45,741 bases of DNA from a virus. Its lineage: Duplodnaviria > Caudoviricetes. Positions 8,583 to 16,624 of the stretch are shown here, one piece after another (position 1 is the stretch's first letter; each line of letters opens with the position of its first letter). Location of the stretch: IMG/VR virus record IMGVR_UViG_3300025875_000050, positions 1 to 45,741 of that record. The stretch is one strand, 5' to 3'. The notes beneath the pieces are model-generated. The model did not search any database. It saw only the letters and a program-made list of their open reading frames with translations, and had not been told where the DNA came from. The position numbers and the translations under genes were made by a program.

Positions 8583-9043
8583 TGCGGCACGTCCTCGCCC
8601 AGGCGCTCGAGCTGCTGGCGGGACAGCTCGGCGTGGCCCTGCCACCGCCAGTAGTCGAAGCCGGCGTCCGTGCTGGCCCGCAACGCCCGCAGCGTGTCTC
8701 GTCGGCGCTGCTGCAGGTAGGCCACCTGCTCGCGGCGCCCGGCGGCGTAGCCCTGCTCCTCCAGCGGGGACGGGTCCTCCGGCCACGCGCGGGCGGCCAG
8801 GTCCCTCATCACGTCGTCGGCGTGCTCGGTCAGCACCTCCGCGACATGTTCGCGGTGGGGCTCGTGCCACGGGCGCTGCGCGGGCGCCGGGCGCTCGTCC
8901 CCGCACTCGCAGACCACCGACCACGACCCGCCCGGGTGGATGCGCGTCTGCGCCTGGCCCTCGCGGTGCTGGCCCAGCAGTTCCAGCACGGTGATCCGCC
9001 GACGCGGGACCGGGCCCACCAGGTCGGTGCTCGCCTCGGTCAT
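8579..9043 (-). CDS. Hypothetical protein MTEASTDLVG...
   Basis: ATGA overlap; CECG...H..HVA motif. Confidence 0.7.
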   Translation of the reverse strand: MTEASTDLVGPVPRRRITVLELLGQHREGQAQTRIHPGGSWSVVCECGDERPAPAQRPWHEPHREHVAEVLTEHADDVMRDLAARAWPEDPSPLEEQGYAAGRREQVAYLQQRRRDTLRALRASTDAGFDYWRWQGHAELSRQQLERLGEDVPQ

Positions 9044-10218
9044 CGGGGGTCCCACCCGTCGACCTCGGCGGGCGGCTCGGTCGGCGGCGGGACGTCGTCC
9101 GTGCGCCCCTGGGCCTCCTGCTCGGCGTGGTACAGCTCGGAGTCGATCGAGAACAGCAGCGACTGCAGTTCCTCGTGGACGTCGTCCGCGCCGGCCACCA
9201 TGGTGTCCATCCACCCGCGCTCGCGGGCGTGCCGGCCGATCGGCAGCAGGTCCGCGCGGCGGGTGACCGCGCGGGCGGCGTCCGCGCAGGCCTGCGCGGA
9301 GCCCGGGAGGGTCGACGGGTCCGGTGCGGGCGCGAGCTGGGCCTGCTCGGCGGGCCGCTGGGCGGGACCGGGCGCCTGCTGGGCCGCCGGAGCAGGCCGC
9401 TGGCGCTCCCGGGGCTGCTGCTGGGCCTGGGCGGGCCGCTGCGCGCTGGCCACCGCCCTGGACGGGCCGGAGCCGATCGCACGCTGCGGAGCCGGGGGCA
9501 GCTCCATGGACCGCGCCCCGGACGCCGCCAGCTCGGTCATCTCCCGCAGCGTGGACAGGATCTCCAGCACCGGCACCGGGTAGTTGCGGGTGACCTGCTC
9601 GCCGCCGGCGAAGAAGCGGCGCTGGCGCTGCTCCACGCGCAGGATCGCCGGGACGACCATGCCGCGGCCGCGCGCCGCGCCCAGCAGCTCGGCGGCGCCG
9701 GCCAGTTCCACCGCGGCGTAGTAGCCGTGGGACTCCAGCCGCCACACGCCGATCCCGGGCAGGTCCGGGATGATCACTGACAGGCGGGTGGTCATCTTGC
9801 AGGCCTGGCCGTTCTTGGCCATGGCGTCGCGGCGGGCCGGGTCCTGCGGGCACAGGGTGGAGCACTTCTGGCCGCTGTTCTGCTCGGTCTCGCCGTCGCA
9901 GCGGCGCACGCACCCGCCGGCGGACCACATCTCGAACCACTGGGAGATCACCGCGTCCCCCGGGGGGACGGCCACCGGGATCTCCTTGGCCGGGGTCAGC
10001 ACCTCCCACTGCTCCCCGGCGGGGGCGTCGTCCCACCGGCGGGCCTGCCCGCCCAGGTGCGCGGCAATCGCCTCGGCGGCGTGCTGGGAGGCGGTGGTGA
10101 AGCGGAAGGCGTCCAGCTTGGCCGGGTGGATCTTCCCGTTCTGGGCGCGCTTCTGGACGCCCATGCGGATCCGGCCGATCTCTTGCGCGCGCCGCTGCAG
10201 GGTCAGGATGGGGGACAT
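9040..10218 (-). CDS. phiC31 gp3-like (recombination directionality factor-like) protein
   Basis: MSPILTLQRRAQEIGRIRMG...PAKLDAFRFTT...RRCDGE...CK.TTRLSVIIPDLPGIGVWRLESHGYYAAVEL resembles the Gp3-like family as recalled. Confidence 0.7.
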   Translation of the reverse strand: MSPILTLQRRAQEIGRIRMGVQKRAQNGKIHPAKLDAFRFTTASQHAAEAIAAHLGGQARRWDDAPAGEQWEVLTPAKEIPVAVPPGDAVISQWFEMWSAGGCVRRCDGETEQNSGQKCSTLCPQDPARRDAMAKNGQACKMTTRLSVIIPDLPGIGVWRLESHGYYAAVELAGAAELLGAARGRGMVVPAILRVEQRQRRFFAGGEQVTRNYPVPVLEILSTLREMTELAASGARSMELPPAPQRAIGSGPSRAVASAQRPAQAQQQPRERQRPAPAAQQAPGPAQRPAEQAQLAPAPDPSTLPGSAQACADAARAVTRRADLLPIGRHARERGWMDTMVAGADDVHEELQSLLFSIDSELYHAEQEAQGRTDDVPPPTEPPAEVDGWDPR

Positions 10219-11360
10219 CAGGCGCTCACCTCCTCGGTGCTCGTCGTGGTCGTGGTGGTCTTGCGGCCGCGCCGCTGCTTGGGCGGGGCCGGCGGGTCGG
10301 GCAGCAGCGCCAGGCCGTGCGCGGCCAGCAGCTCGGTGCACACCTCGATCGCCTTGGGCCCGACGCCCTTCATGGCGCGCAGGTCCGCGCCGGTGAACAG
10401 GGCCAGCTGGTCCAGGGAGTCGATCCCGCCGTCCATCAGCGCCTTGCGGCAGCGGAACGCGGCGTGCTCGACGTCCTCGAGGTAGGGGGCGGGCTGGGTG
10501 CCGTCCTCCCGGGGCGGGTACCAGGCGGTCCGCGGGACCTTCTCCTGCGCCTCCTGGTGGCGCAGGACCACCTGGCAGGCCAGGAACCACTGGAAGGCCG
10601 CCTCCTCGCGCGCGGCCGCCTGCTCCGGGTCGACGCCGAACGCGGGCACGAGCTTGTAGCCGCGCCGGTAGCTCTTGCGGACGTGCAGCACAGCCGCCCA
10701 GTCCACCCGGGGCATCGGCGCCTTGTCGCCCAGCGGCAGCCACACCTCGTCGCTACGCCGGTAGGCCGCGAGCTGCGCGCGGGCGTGGGTCTTCAGGATC
10801 CCGGTCTTCAGGTCGACCAGGCCCCGCGGCCGGCCAGGGAGCGGGGAGCGCCCCAGGTCAGCGATCAGGTCCAGCGTGCCGGCGTAGCCGTACAGCGTGC
10901 TGGCCACGGTCGCCTCGGCCATCAGCGGCTGCACGTCGAAGTCGGTGACGAAGTGCAGGATCCCGTCCGACAGCTCGTCGTGGTCCACGCGCTCGCCGTC
11001 GACCTCCACGTCGACCAGGTGCTCGGGGACGTCGGGGATCCGGGTGTCCATCACCAGGGCCTCCATGACGTCGTGCTGGTAGGTGCCCAGGTCGGCCTTC
11101 AGGTCCCGGCGGATCGCGGTCTGCGCCTTCACCAGGGAGATCACCCCGGCCGGGCCCTGGGGCCCCAGGTAGACCTCCATCAGCTCGTCCAGGTTGGCCG
11201 CGACGTACTCCGCGCCCAGCTTGGCGACCCAGGAGACCAGCCACGGCAGGGACTCCGCGCGCGACAGGATCGTGGTCACCGACTCGTAGCGGGAGGACTC
11301 GTCGGCCGGGTCGACGTACCAGCGCGCGGACTCCCCGTCCACGCGCCCGACGACGGCCAT
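10218..11360 (-). CDS. PD-(D/E)XK exonuclease (RecE/Cas4-like) with C-terminal HhH/alpha-CTD-like domain
   Basis: SVTTIL; E..V...YGYAGTLDLI...LVDLKTG...QLAAYR; C-terminal KALMDGGIDSLDQL...LRAMKGVGPKAIE. Confidence 0.85.
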   Translation of the reverse strand: MAVVGRVDGESARWYVDPADESSRYESVTTILSRAESLPWLVSWVAKLGAEYVAANLDELMEVYLGPQGPAGVISLVKAQTAIRRDLKADLGTYQHDVMEALVMDTRIPDVPEHLVDVEVDGERVDHDELSDGILHFVTDFDVQPLMAEATVASTLYGYAGTLDLIADLGRSPLPGRPRGLVDLKTGILKTHARAQLAAYRRSDEVWLPLGDKAPMPRVDWAAVLHVRKSYRRGYKLVPAFGVDPEQAAAREEAAFQWFLACQVVLRHQEAQEKVPRTAWYPPREDGTQPAPYLEDVEHAAFRCRKALMDGGIDSLDQLALFTGADLRAMKGVGPKAIEVCTELLAAHGLALLPDPPAPPKQRRGRKTTTTTTSTEEVSA

Positions 11361-11662
11361 CAGACGCCCACCGGACAGTCGGTGCCCTTGGCGCAGGTGC
11401 CGTTCGCCCGGGCACCGCAGCCCAGCTCCCCGCACCCGTGCTCGCTCGTGTAGCCGGCGATCGCCTCGCGGCCGATCGCCTCCAGTCGCTGGACCACCGG
11501 GTCCTCGTCCAGGTCGGCGCGCACCGGCTCCACGCTGTGCGACTCCTGCACCTGCAGGTGGCCCTCGGCCCACCGGGCCATGGCGTCCTCGGGGGAGTCG
11601 GCGTCGATGACGTAGACCTCCCGCACCTGCCCCTCGCACTCCACGCGGTACTGCTGGGTCAT
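11360..11662 (-). CDS. Hypothetical protein MTQQYRVECEG...
   Basis: ATGA overlap, GAGGA RBS; Cys-rich tail. Confidence 0.7.
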   Translation of the reverse strand: MTQQYRVECEGQVREVYVIDADSPEDAMARWAEGHLQVQESHSVEPVRADLDEDPVVQRLEAIGREAIAGYTSEHGCGELGCGARANGTCAKGTDCPVGV

Positions 11663-12354
11663 CGGTCCTCGCTCCAGTCGCTGGCCTCGCGGTTGGCCGT
11701 GGCCAGGAACTCCGCGCAGGAGATGGATGGGTGATGGGTCTCGCCGCTGCAGCGGCGGCGGTGGTTGTCCTCGCGGCGGCACAGGGAGCAGTACCGACGG
11801 TGAGTGCCCTTGCGGTACTTGGTGGTCGCCTCCGTCCACTCGTGGCCGCGCGCGCACGCGGTGCTCGTGGCGGGACGGGCACGCAGGGTGTTCTCCAACG
11901 GAGTCACCGGCTCCAGGTGCTCCGGGTTCCAACAGCGGCGGTGCGGGCACTGGGGCCCGCCGGCGCAGGTCTTGTCGCGGGTGTGGCAGAGGTGGTCTAG
12001 GTGCAGGTCGTCGGGGATGGGCCCGACGAGCAGCTGGTAGGCCACCCGATGCGCTCCACCGGCCCGGGCGCGGCCGTCCTCGTCGGTCCAAGACACGCTG
12101 CCGTACCCGTCCCGCGTGGTGCGTCCGGTCCACGTCCAACAGCCCCACGGCTCGACCACCACCTGTCGCTGCAGGCGGTCCAGCAGCGGCTCGTTCCGGG
12201 GGCCTCGCTGGGCGTGCTGGTCTCGGATCTCCTGCGCGAAGGCGGCAGCGACCACGGCGTCCGTGAACGACTTGCTGTGCCGCTCGCCGTCGACCTTGAA
12301 GTGCACGATGTGGCTCACCCCGCGCGCCCGCTCACGGGTCTCGACGTAGGGCAT
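11659..12354 (-). CDS. HNH endonuclease with integrase-arm/AP2-like N-terminal domain
   Basis: CWTWTG...GYG...AHRVAYQLLVGPIPDDLHLDHLC...CWNPEHLEPVT..EN; N-terminus VHFKVDGERHSKSFTD...A..F. Confidence 0.85.
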   Translation of the reverse strand: MPYVETRERARGVSHIVHFKVDGERHSKSFTDAVVAAAFAQEIRDQHAQRGPRNEPLLDRLQRQVVVEPWGCWTWTGRTTRDGYGSVSWTDEDGRARAGGAHRVAYQLLVGPIPDDLHLDHLCHTRDKTCAGGPQCPHRRCWNPEHLEPVTPLENTLRARPATSTACARGHEWTEATTKYRKGTHRRYCSLCRREDNHRRRCSGETHHPSISCAEFLATANREASDWSEDR

Positions 12355-12467
12355 CAGACCTCCTCGCCCATGGCGTCCCAACAGGACACGGCCCGGTCGT
12401 GCGTGAAGGTCAGGTGCTCCTCGCAGTCCTGTGCGCCGTCGTCGCCGGTCTCCTCGGGGATGCTCAT
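12354..12467 (-). CDS. Small hypothetical protein (37 aa, MSIPEETGDD...)
   Basis: ATGA and TGATG overlaps. Confidence 0.5.
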   Translation of the reverse strand: MSIPEETGDDGAQDCEEHLTFTHDRAVSCWDAMGEEV

Positions 12468-12700
12468 GGGGCAACGGTGCCGGTCGGGGCCGACTGTGCG
12501 GCCAGCGCCAGGATCCGGTCGGCGTGGACGTCCAGGGTGGCCAGGGACGCCATGGCGATCGACCAGGGCGCGCAGCACCCGCAGTGCTGGCCGTGGACGG
12601 CCCTGGCGGGCAGGGCCCGCAGCGCCTGGGCGCCGCGCGGCCGCGTGCGCTGGGTGGGCAGGGCCGGAGGGGTGGAGCTGGTGGTGTCGAAGGCGCGCAT
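12464..12700 (-). CDS. Hypothetical protein (78 aa)
   Basis: GAGAGGA RBS; H...CGCC motif. Confidence 0.6.
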   Translation of the reverse strand: MRAFDTTSSTPPALPTQRTRPRGAQALRALPARAVHGQHCGCCAPWSIAMASLATLDVHADRILALAAQSAPTGTVAP

Positions 12701-12786
12701 GGGTGACGATGTCCTCTCGGTGGTGGCTGCCGCCCTCGGTCATGGGGATGTCTCGGGGCGGCGCCGCTGCTGCTGTCTCAGGTGGT

Positions 12787-12978
12787 TCAGGCGGGTGCTG
12801 GTGCGCGATCGCGCAGGTACCGGGCCAGCTCCTCCTCGCTGATCCGGGGGCGGCGCCGTGCCGCGCCGGGACGGCGGACGTCGACCACCGTCAGCTCCTC
12901 GTGCTCGACCATCCGTTCGACGGTCCTGGTGCTGTAGCCCAGCCGCTCGGCGGCCTGGGCGATGGTCAGGAGTGCCAC
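12787..12978 (-). CDS. Excisionase/Cro-like HTH protein (HTH_17 type)
   Basis: LLTIAQAAERLGYSTRTVERMVEHEEL...RPRISEEELARYL; AGGAGGTGA RBS. Confidence 0.9.
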   Translation of the reverse strand: MALLTIAQAAERLGYSTRTVERMVEHEELTVVDVRRPGAARRRPRISEEELARYLRDRAPAPA

Positions 12979-13000
12979 GGGGTGTTCACCTCCTCTCGTT

Positions 13001-13044
13001 GCCGACAGGAAGCGACAATAGCCGACACGAGCCGTCACTGTCCA
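13001..13044 (-). promoter_or_regulatory. Primary-sigma promoter of the early operon with four 10-bp phased repeats
   Basis: -35 TGGACA (13039-13044), 18-nt spacer, -10 TATTGT (13015-13020); repeats GCCGACAGGA/AGCGACAATA/GCCGACACGA/GCCGTCACTG. Confidence 0.8.
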
Positions 13045-13074
13045 CCCGTTCGGCGTAGCGCGCCGGGACGACGA

Positions 13075-13106
13075 ACGCCCCGCCTCCCGGGTGGGAGACG
13101 GGGCGT
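13075..13106 (-). terminator. Intrinsic terminator after 13139..13930
   Basis: 14-bp GC stem, 4-nt loop, followed by TCGTCGT. Confidence 0.8.
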
Positions 13107-13138
13107 CCGGTGACCGCGCAGCACGCGCTGCGCGCACG

Positions 13139-13930
13139 CTACTGCGGGGCAGGGACAGCGGCCCTGGAGCGGCGGCCGGGGCCCTCGACCTGGCGGCCGG
13201 CGACGTGCTCGGGGTGGACGTAGACGGCGTAGGGCTTGCCGGAGTGCAGGCGGGTGCCGGTGGGCTCGAGCACGGACAGGCGCTCGATCCGGCGTCCGAC
13301 GCGGACGCCGTCCGCGACGCGGTGCTGGGCGTGGACCTCCGAGGCCACCGCCCACGGCGCGGTCCAGTCCTTGTGCAGGCGCCCGACCTGCACGCTGGTC
13401 AGGCCCTTGGGGCCGGCGGCCAGCAGGTCGACCTCGAGCTGCTGGGGCTTGGTCAGAGGCTTGGGCGCGGCCGCCAGGGGCGCGGGGGTAGAGGCCACGA
13501 CCTCCCCGACGACGGTCAGCGCCGCGGACGGGCCGACCAGGTCCCGGGCCAGGTCCTCGCGGACCGTCTTGTGCCCGACGCGGAAGACCGCGGCCGCCTC
13601 GCGGGTGCTCATCCCGACCTCGTGGACGAACTCCTGGACCAGCGCGGCGCGGGTCAGCAGGGGGATCCGCAGGCCGCGCACGGCGCCGAAGTTGTCGCGG
13701 CAGTAGACGTCCCAGGACGTGAGGCGGACGCCGGTCACGGGGTCGACCTCGGGCTTGCAGCCCAGCGCCTCGTCGGCGTTCCCGGCGTAGGCCTCGCGGA
13801 TCAGGTCGAAGGCCTCGTTGGCCCACTCCACGGCGTTGTCCAGGGCGTGGCGGGCCTCGGCGGTGATCCGGCGGGCCTCGGCCTCGGTCAGGGTGGTGCG
13901 CTCGTCGTGGGAGATCGCCATGGCGCTCAT
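13139..13930 (-). CDS. HTH DNA-binding protein of an actinophage family
   Basis: LTEAEARRIT...EAY...ALG...SWDVYC...GMSTREAAAVFRVGHKTVREDL. Confidence 0.8.
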   Translation of the reverse strand: MSAMAISHDERTTLTEAEARRITAEARHALDNAVEWANEAFDLIREAYAGNADEALGCKPEVDPVTGVRLTSWDVYCRDNFGAVRGLRIPLLTRAALVQEFVHEVGMSTREAAAVFRVGHKTVREDLARDLVGPSAALTVVGEVVASTPAPLAAAPKPLTKPQQLEVDLLAAGPKGLTSVQVGRLHKDWTAPWAVASEVHAQHRVADGVRVGRRIERLSVLEPTGTRLHSGKPYAVYVHPEHVAGRQVEGPGRRSRAAVPAPQ

Positions 13931-14241
13931 GCCTCGTTCCCGTAGGTGGCGCGCAGCTGCATGGTCAGGCGCAGGGCGTAGGCGTCGATCGTGGGGACCG
14001 GGGCGGTGAGGTAGCCGGAGCGCAGGTCGTCGCCGTCACCGATCAGCAGGTGGCCCTCGCCGCGGTGGGCGAAGTCGGCCAGCACGAGCACGGCGCCGGT
14101 GGCGGGGTAGGCGACCAGCACGGTGCCGGCGGTACCGATGGTCCGGCGGATGTCCTGGGCCGTGATGGTCAGCGGCGTGGGGGCGGCCGGGGCCGGAGCC
14201 GGGGCGGGGGTGGTGCGGCGGGGGGATGTCTGCGTGGGCAT
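13927..14241 (-). CDS. Hypothetical protein MPTQTSPRR..., probably leaderless
   Basis: ATG 7 nt after GCCGATGA, no RBS; ATGA coupling to the next gene. Confidence 0.75.
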   Translation of the reverse strand: MPTQTSPRRTTPAPAPAPAAPTPLTITAQDIRRTIGTAGTVLVAYPATGAVLVLADFAHRGEGHLLIGDGDDLRSGYLTAPVPTIDAYALRLTMQLRATYGNEA

Positions 14242-14248
14242 GTACTGG

Positions 14249-14306
14249 TCATCGGCACAGGCGACGTGGGACTGAAGGACCGATCCACGCACCACCCGAT
14301 CGGGTG
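14249..14306 (-). promoter_or_regulatory. sigma28 (WhiG/FliA)-type promoter with upstream palindrome
   Basis: TCAG (14272-14275)-N15-GCCGATGA (14249-14256); perfect palindrome CACCCGATCGGGTG at 14293-14306. Confidence 0.65.
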
Positions 14307-14332
14307 CACGACCTGGCCGTGGACGCACGAGA

Positions 14333-14367
14333 GCGCCCCGCCCCCGGGGATCCCGGGGACGGGGCGC
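14333..14367 (-). terminator. Terminator ending the late/lysis operon
   Basis: About 16-bp GC stem just after stop 14376, followed by TCTCGTGCGT. Confidence 0.8.
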
Positions 14368-14375
14368 GCTCGCGG

Positions 14376-15182
14376 TCAGGACGGGTGGTGCTGGCGGCCG
14401 TGCAGGATCTCGTCCCAGCTCTTGGCCGGCGGGCCGTGCTCGGCCAGGGGCTGGTCGTCCAGGCTCTCGGCTTGGCGGGGCACGGCCAGGCCCAGCCGGA
14501 TCTTGGCCGTGTCCGACGGTGGGCCGCTGGGCCCCCACGACGGGACGCCCAGCAGGGCGCCGACCAGGTCGTCGTCGTGGTCGACCTCGTGGTCGACCTC
14601 GTGGTCGACCTCGTCCTGCTGGTCGGCGTCGGGGTCGGGCTCGGCCTCCCGCTCGGCGGCCGCGGCGGCCCGGCGAGCACGCCGGCTCCCCGGCAGCGCT
14701 GGCCCTGGGTCCGAGACCTGCGGCGGCGGCTCCGTGGCCGGGCGCTGCTCGAGCGCGGCCGCGACGCCGGCCGTCACCCCGGCGGCGACTGCCGCGGCGA
14801 CCGCCTCCGGCAGCTCCTGGCGCAGCCCCGCGACCTCCGAGGCGGCCGCGGCGCTGCCCTGGCGCACGGCCTCCGGGACGTCGCGGCCCAGGATCTGCTG
14901 CAGGCGCCCGGACTGCTGCAGGCGCTTGACCGCCCACGCCAGGCCGATGGCCGCGCCGCTGATCGTGGCCCACGTCTGCTTGTCGATCTGGACGGAGATC
15001 AGGGGTCGCACGTCCAGGCCCTGGCGGGCGATCGTCCACACCAGGAACAGGTAGCTGCAGCCCAGGACGACGCCGCCGGCGATCAGGGCGACCGCCACGG
15101 TGGTCAGGTTGATCTCCTTGCGGGCCCGCCGCTCCGCGCCGGGCGGAGCGAGCAGCCCGGCGCGGACCAGCAGGCGGCGCAT
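14376..15182 (-). CDS. Lysis-cassette membrane protein (2 TM, long low-complexity tail)
   Basis: TGATG overlap with the endolysin; two hydrophobic segments. Confidence 0.75.
   Translation of the reverse strand: MRRLLVRAGLLAPPGAERRARKEINLTTVAVALIAGGVVLGCSYLFLVWTIARQGLDVRPLISVQIDKQTWATISGAAIGLAWAVKRLQQSGRLQQILGRDVPEAVRQGSAAAASEVAGLRQELPEAVAAAVAAGVTAGVAAALEQRPATEPPPQVSDPGPALPGSRRARRAAAAAEREAEPDPDADQQDEVDHEVDHEVDHDDDLVGALLGVPSWGPSGPPSDTAKIRLGLAVPRQAESLDDQPLAEHGPPAKSWDEILHGRQHHPS
14576..14614. repeat. 12-bp tandem repeat CGTGGTCGACCT x3 (encodes EVDH x3)
   Basis: Read directly. Confidence 0.85.
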
Positions 15183-15805
15183 CAGCTGTAGGGCCAGGTG
15201 TTCGGGACGGCGATGGTGCCGCCCTCGGGGTTGGCCGGGGAGCACTGGCGGGCGTCGACGTGCTGGACGCGCCCGGTGGCCTTCTTGTACCCGATGCCGC
15301 CGAAGACGCCCAGCGCCCGCACCTGCTTGGTGGTCGCCACCGGTGCGACGTCGGCGGCCCCGCCGAACAGGTGCTGGGACGTCCCGACGCCGCCCACCGC
15401 GGCGTTGTGGCGCACGCACCGGTAGCCGGAGGTGATGACCAGGCCGCCCCGGTAGTGGGCCGCGCGCAGCTTCTCGAGGCCGTCGACCAGGGCGCCGAGG
15501 ACGACGACGCCGCGGCACCCGGAGTGCTTGCCGCGGCATTTGCACTGGAACTCCGCGTAGCTGAAGTGCTCGCTGATCGTGCCCATGCCGGCGCGGCGGC
15601 GGGCCTCGGCCAGCAGCAGCGCGGCCGTCGTGTACTTCCCGACGCGGTTGTCGATCTCCAGCTGCGGGACGAGCCGGCAGGACTCCTGGAAGACCCGCAG
15701 GGCCTGCTCCAGCAGGCCCTCGGTGTGCACCCGGAAGCCCAGCGCGGCCAGGATCGTGGCGGCCTGCGCCCGGGAGATCACCGGGCGGTCGGTGGTGGTG
15801 GTCAT
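15182..15805 (-). CDS. Endolysin: peptidoglycan-binding-like N-terminus plus M15-family Zn peptidase
   Basis: ALRVFQ...LEIDNRVG..T; HFSYAEFQCKC, ITSGYRC..HN..VGG...SQHL.G.AAD, HVD. Confidence 0.9.
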   Translation of the reverse strand: MTTTTDRPVISRAQAATILAALGFRVHTEGLLEQALRVFQESCRLVPQLEIDNRVGKYTTAALLLAEARRRAGMGTISEHFSYAEFQCKCRGKHSGCRGVVVLGALVDGLEKLRAAHYRGGLVITSGYRCVRHNAAVGGVGTSQHLFGGAADVAPVATTKQVRALGVFGGIGYKKATGRVQHVDARQCSPANPEGGTIAVPNTWPYS

Positions 15806-16512
15806 GCCTCGTGCCGTCCGTCCTTCTTGCCCAGCAGGTGGACCAGCGCGCCGCCGATCGGCGGCTGGGGGGTCTCGGCCGGCTCGGGCTCGAGCACGGA
15901 CGCGCCGGCGGTGACCGGCTCGGCGCTCTCACTCGCCGGGGCGCTCGCCTGAGCGGGCAGCACCGCGGCCGCGGCCGCGGTGCGCTCGGCGTCCAGGCGG
16001 GCGAGGACGTCGCCCCGCAGGGCGGGCAGCAGGTCGGTGAAGCCGAACTCCCCCACGACGTCGTCGCCGTCGGCGGCCTCCTCCGGCTCGGCCACGTCCA
16101 GCACGCCCAGCTCCATCGCCTCCGCGACGTCCTCGAGCGCGGCGCCGATGTTCGGGACCACGGTGACGACGGCGGCCACGAGCACCTGCAGGAAGCCCAT
16201 CGCCATGGCCACCGGCGTCAGCTGGGCGTCGGCGGCGAGGTACTGCGGGACCAGGGTCGCCGCGGCGGTGCAGAACGCGGCGATCGACTTGGCGTAGCGC
16301 AGGACGCCGGTGGGCCGGTTGCGGATGGCGAAGACCAGGACGGCGCCGGCCAGGGACAGGGCCAGGGACGCGCCCTCCGGGACGGACACGGCGCCGTCCT
16401 TCAGGGCGACGTACAGCAGGCCGGCGACGCCCAGCAGGGCCGCCAGGGCCTTGTTGTAGGCGCCGACGCCGGGCGCCGGCGGCGCGAGCGGGGGCAGGGT
16501 CGGGGTGGACAT
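15802..16512 (-). CDS. Holin-like membrane protein (about 4 TM, acidic C-terminal tail)
   Basis: YNKALAALLG..., four hydrophobic segments in two similar halves; adjacent to the endolysin; GAGGAG RBS. Confidence 0.75.
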   Translation of the reverse strand: MSTPTLPPLAPPAPGVGAYNKALAALLGVAGLLYVALKDGAVSVPEGASLALSLAGAVLVFAIRNRPTGVLRYAKSIAAFCTAAATLVPQYLAADAQLTPVAMAMGFLQVLVAAVVTVVPNIGAALEDVAEAMELGVLDVAEPEEAADGDDVVGEFGFTDLLPALRGDVLARLDAERTAAAAAVLPAQASAPASESAEPVTAGASVLEPEPAETPQPPIGGALVHLLGKKDGRHEA

Positions 16513-16562
16513 CGGGATGTCTCCTCACGGTGCGGACTGGTCGGGCATGAAGCGGCCCCGGT

Positions 16563-16579
16563 GCGTGGATCCACCCACC
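16563..16579 (-). promoter_or_regulatory. GGTGGGTGGATCCACGC box upstream of the holin
   Basis: Exact reverse complement of 34946-34962. Confidence 0.6.
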
Positions 16580-16624
16580 GGGGCCAGGGTCCAGCGGCGC
16601 AGGTGCGCGGCGCTGGGGAACGGG

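Noticed and set aside
13001-13040. Short repeat arrays (also 5830-5887 and 14576-14614) as CRISPR
   Set aside because: Units are 10-12 bp without unique spacers; no cas operon, and the Cas4-like nuclease is a recombination gene
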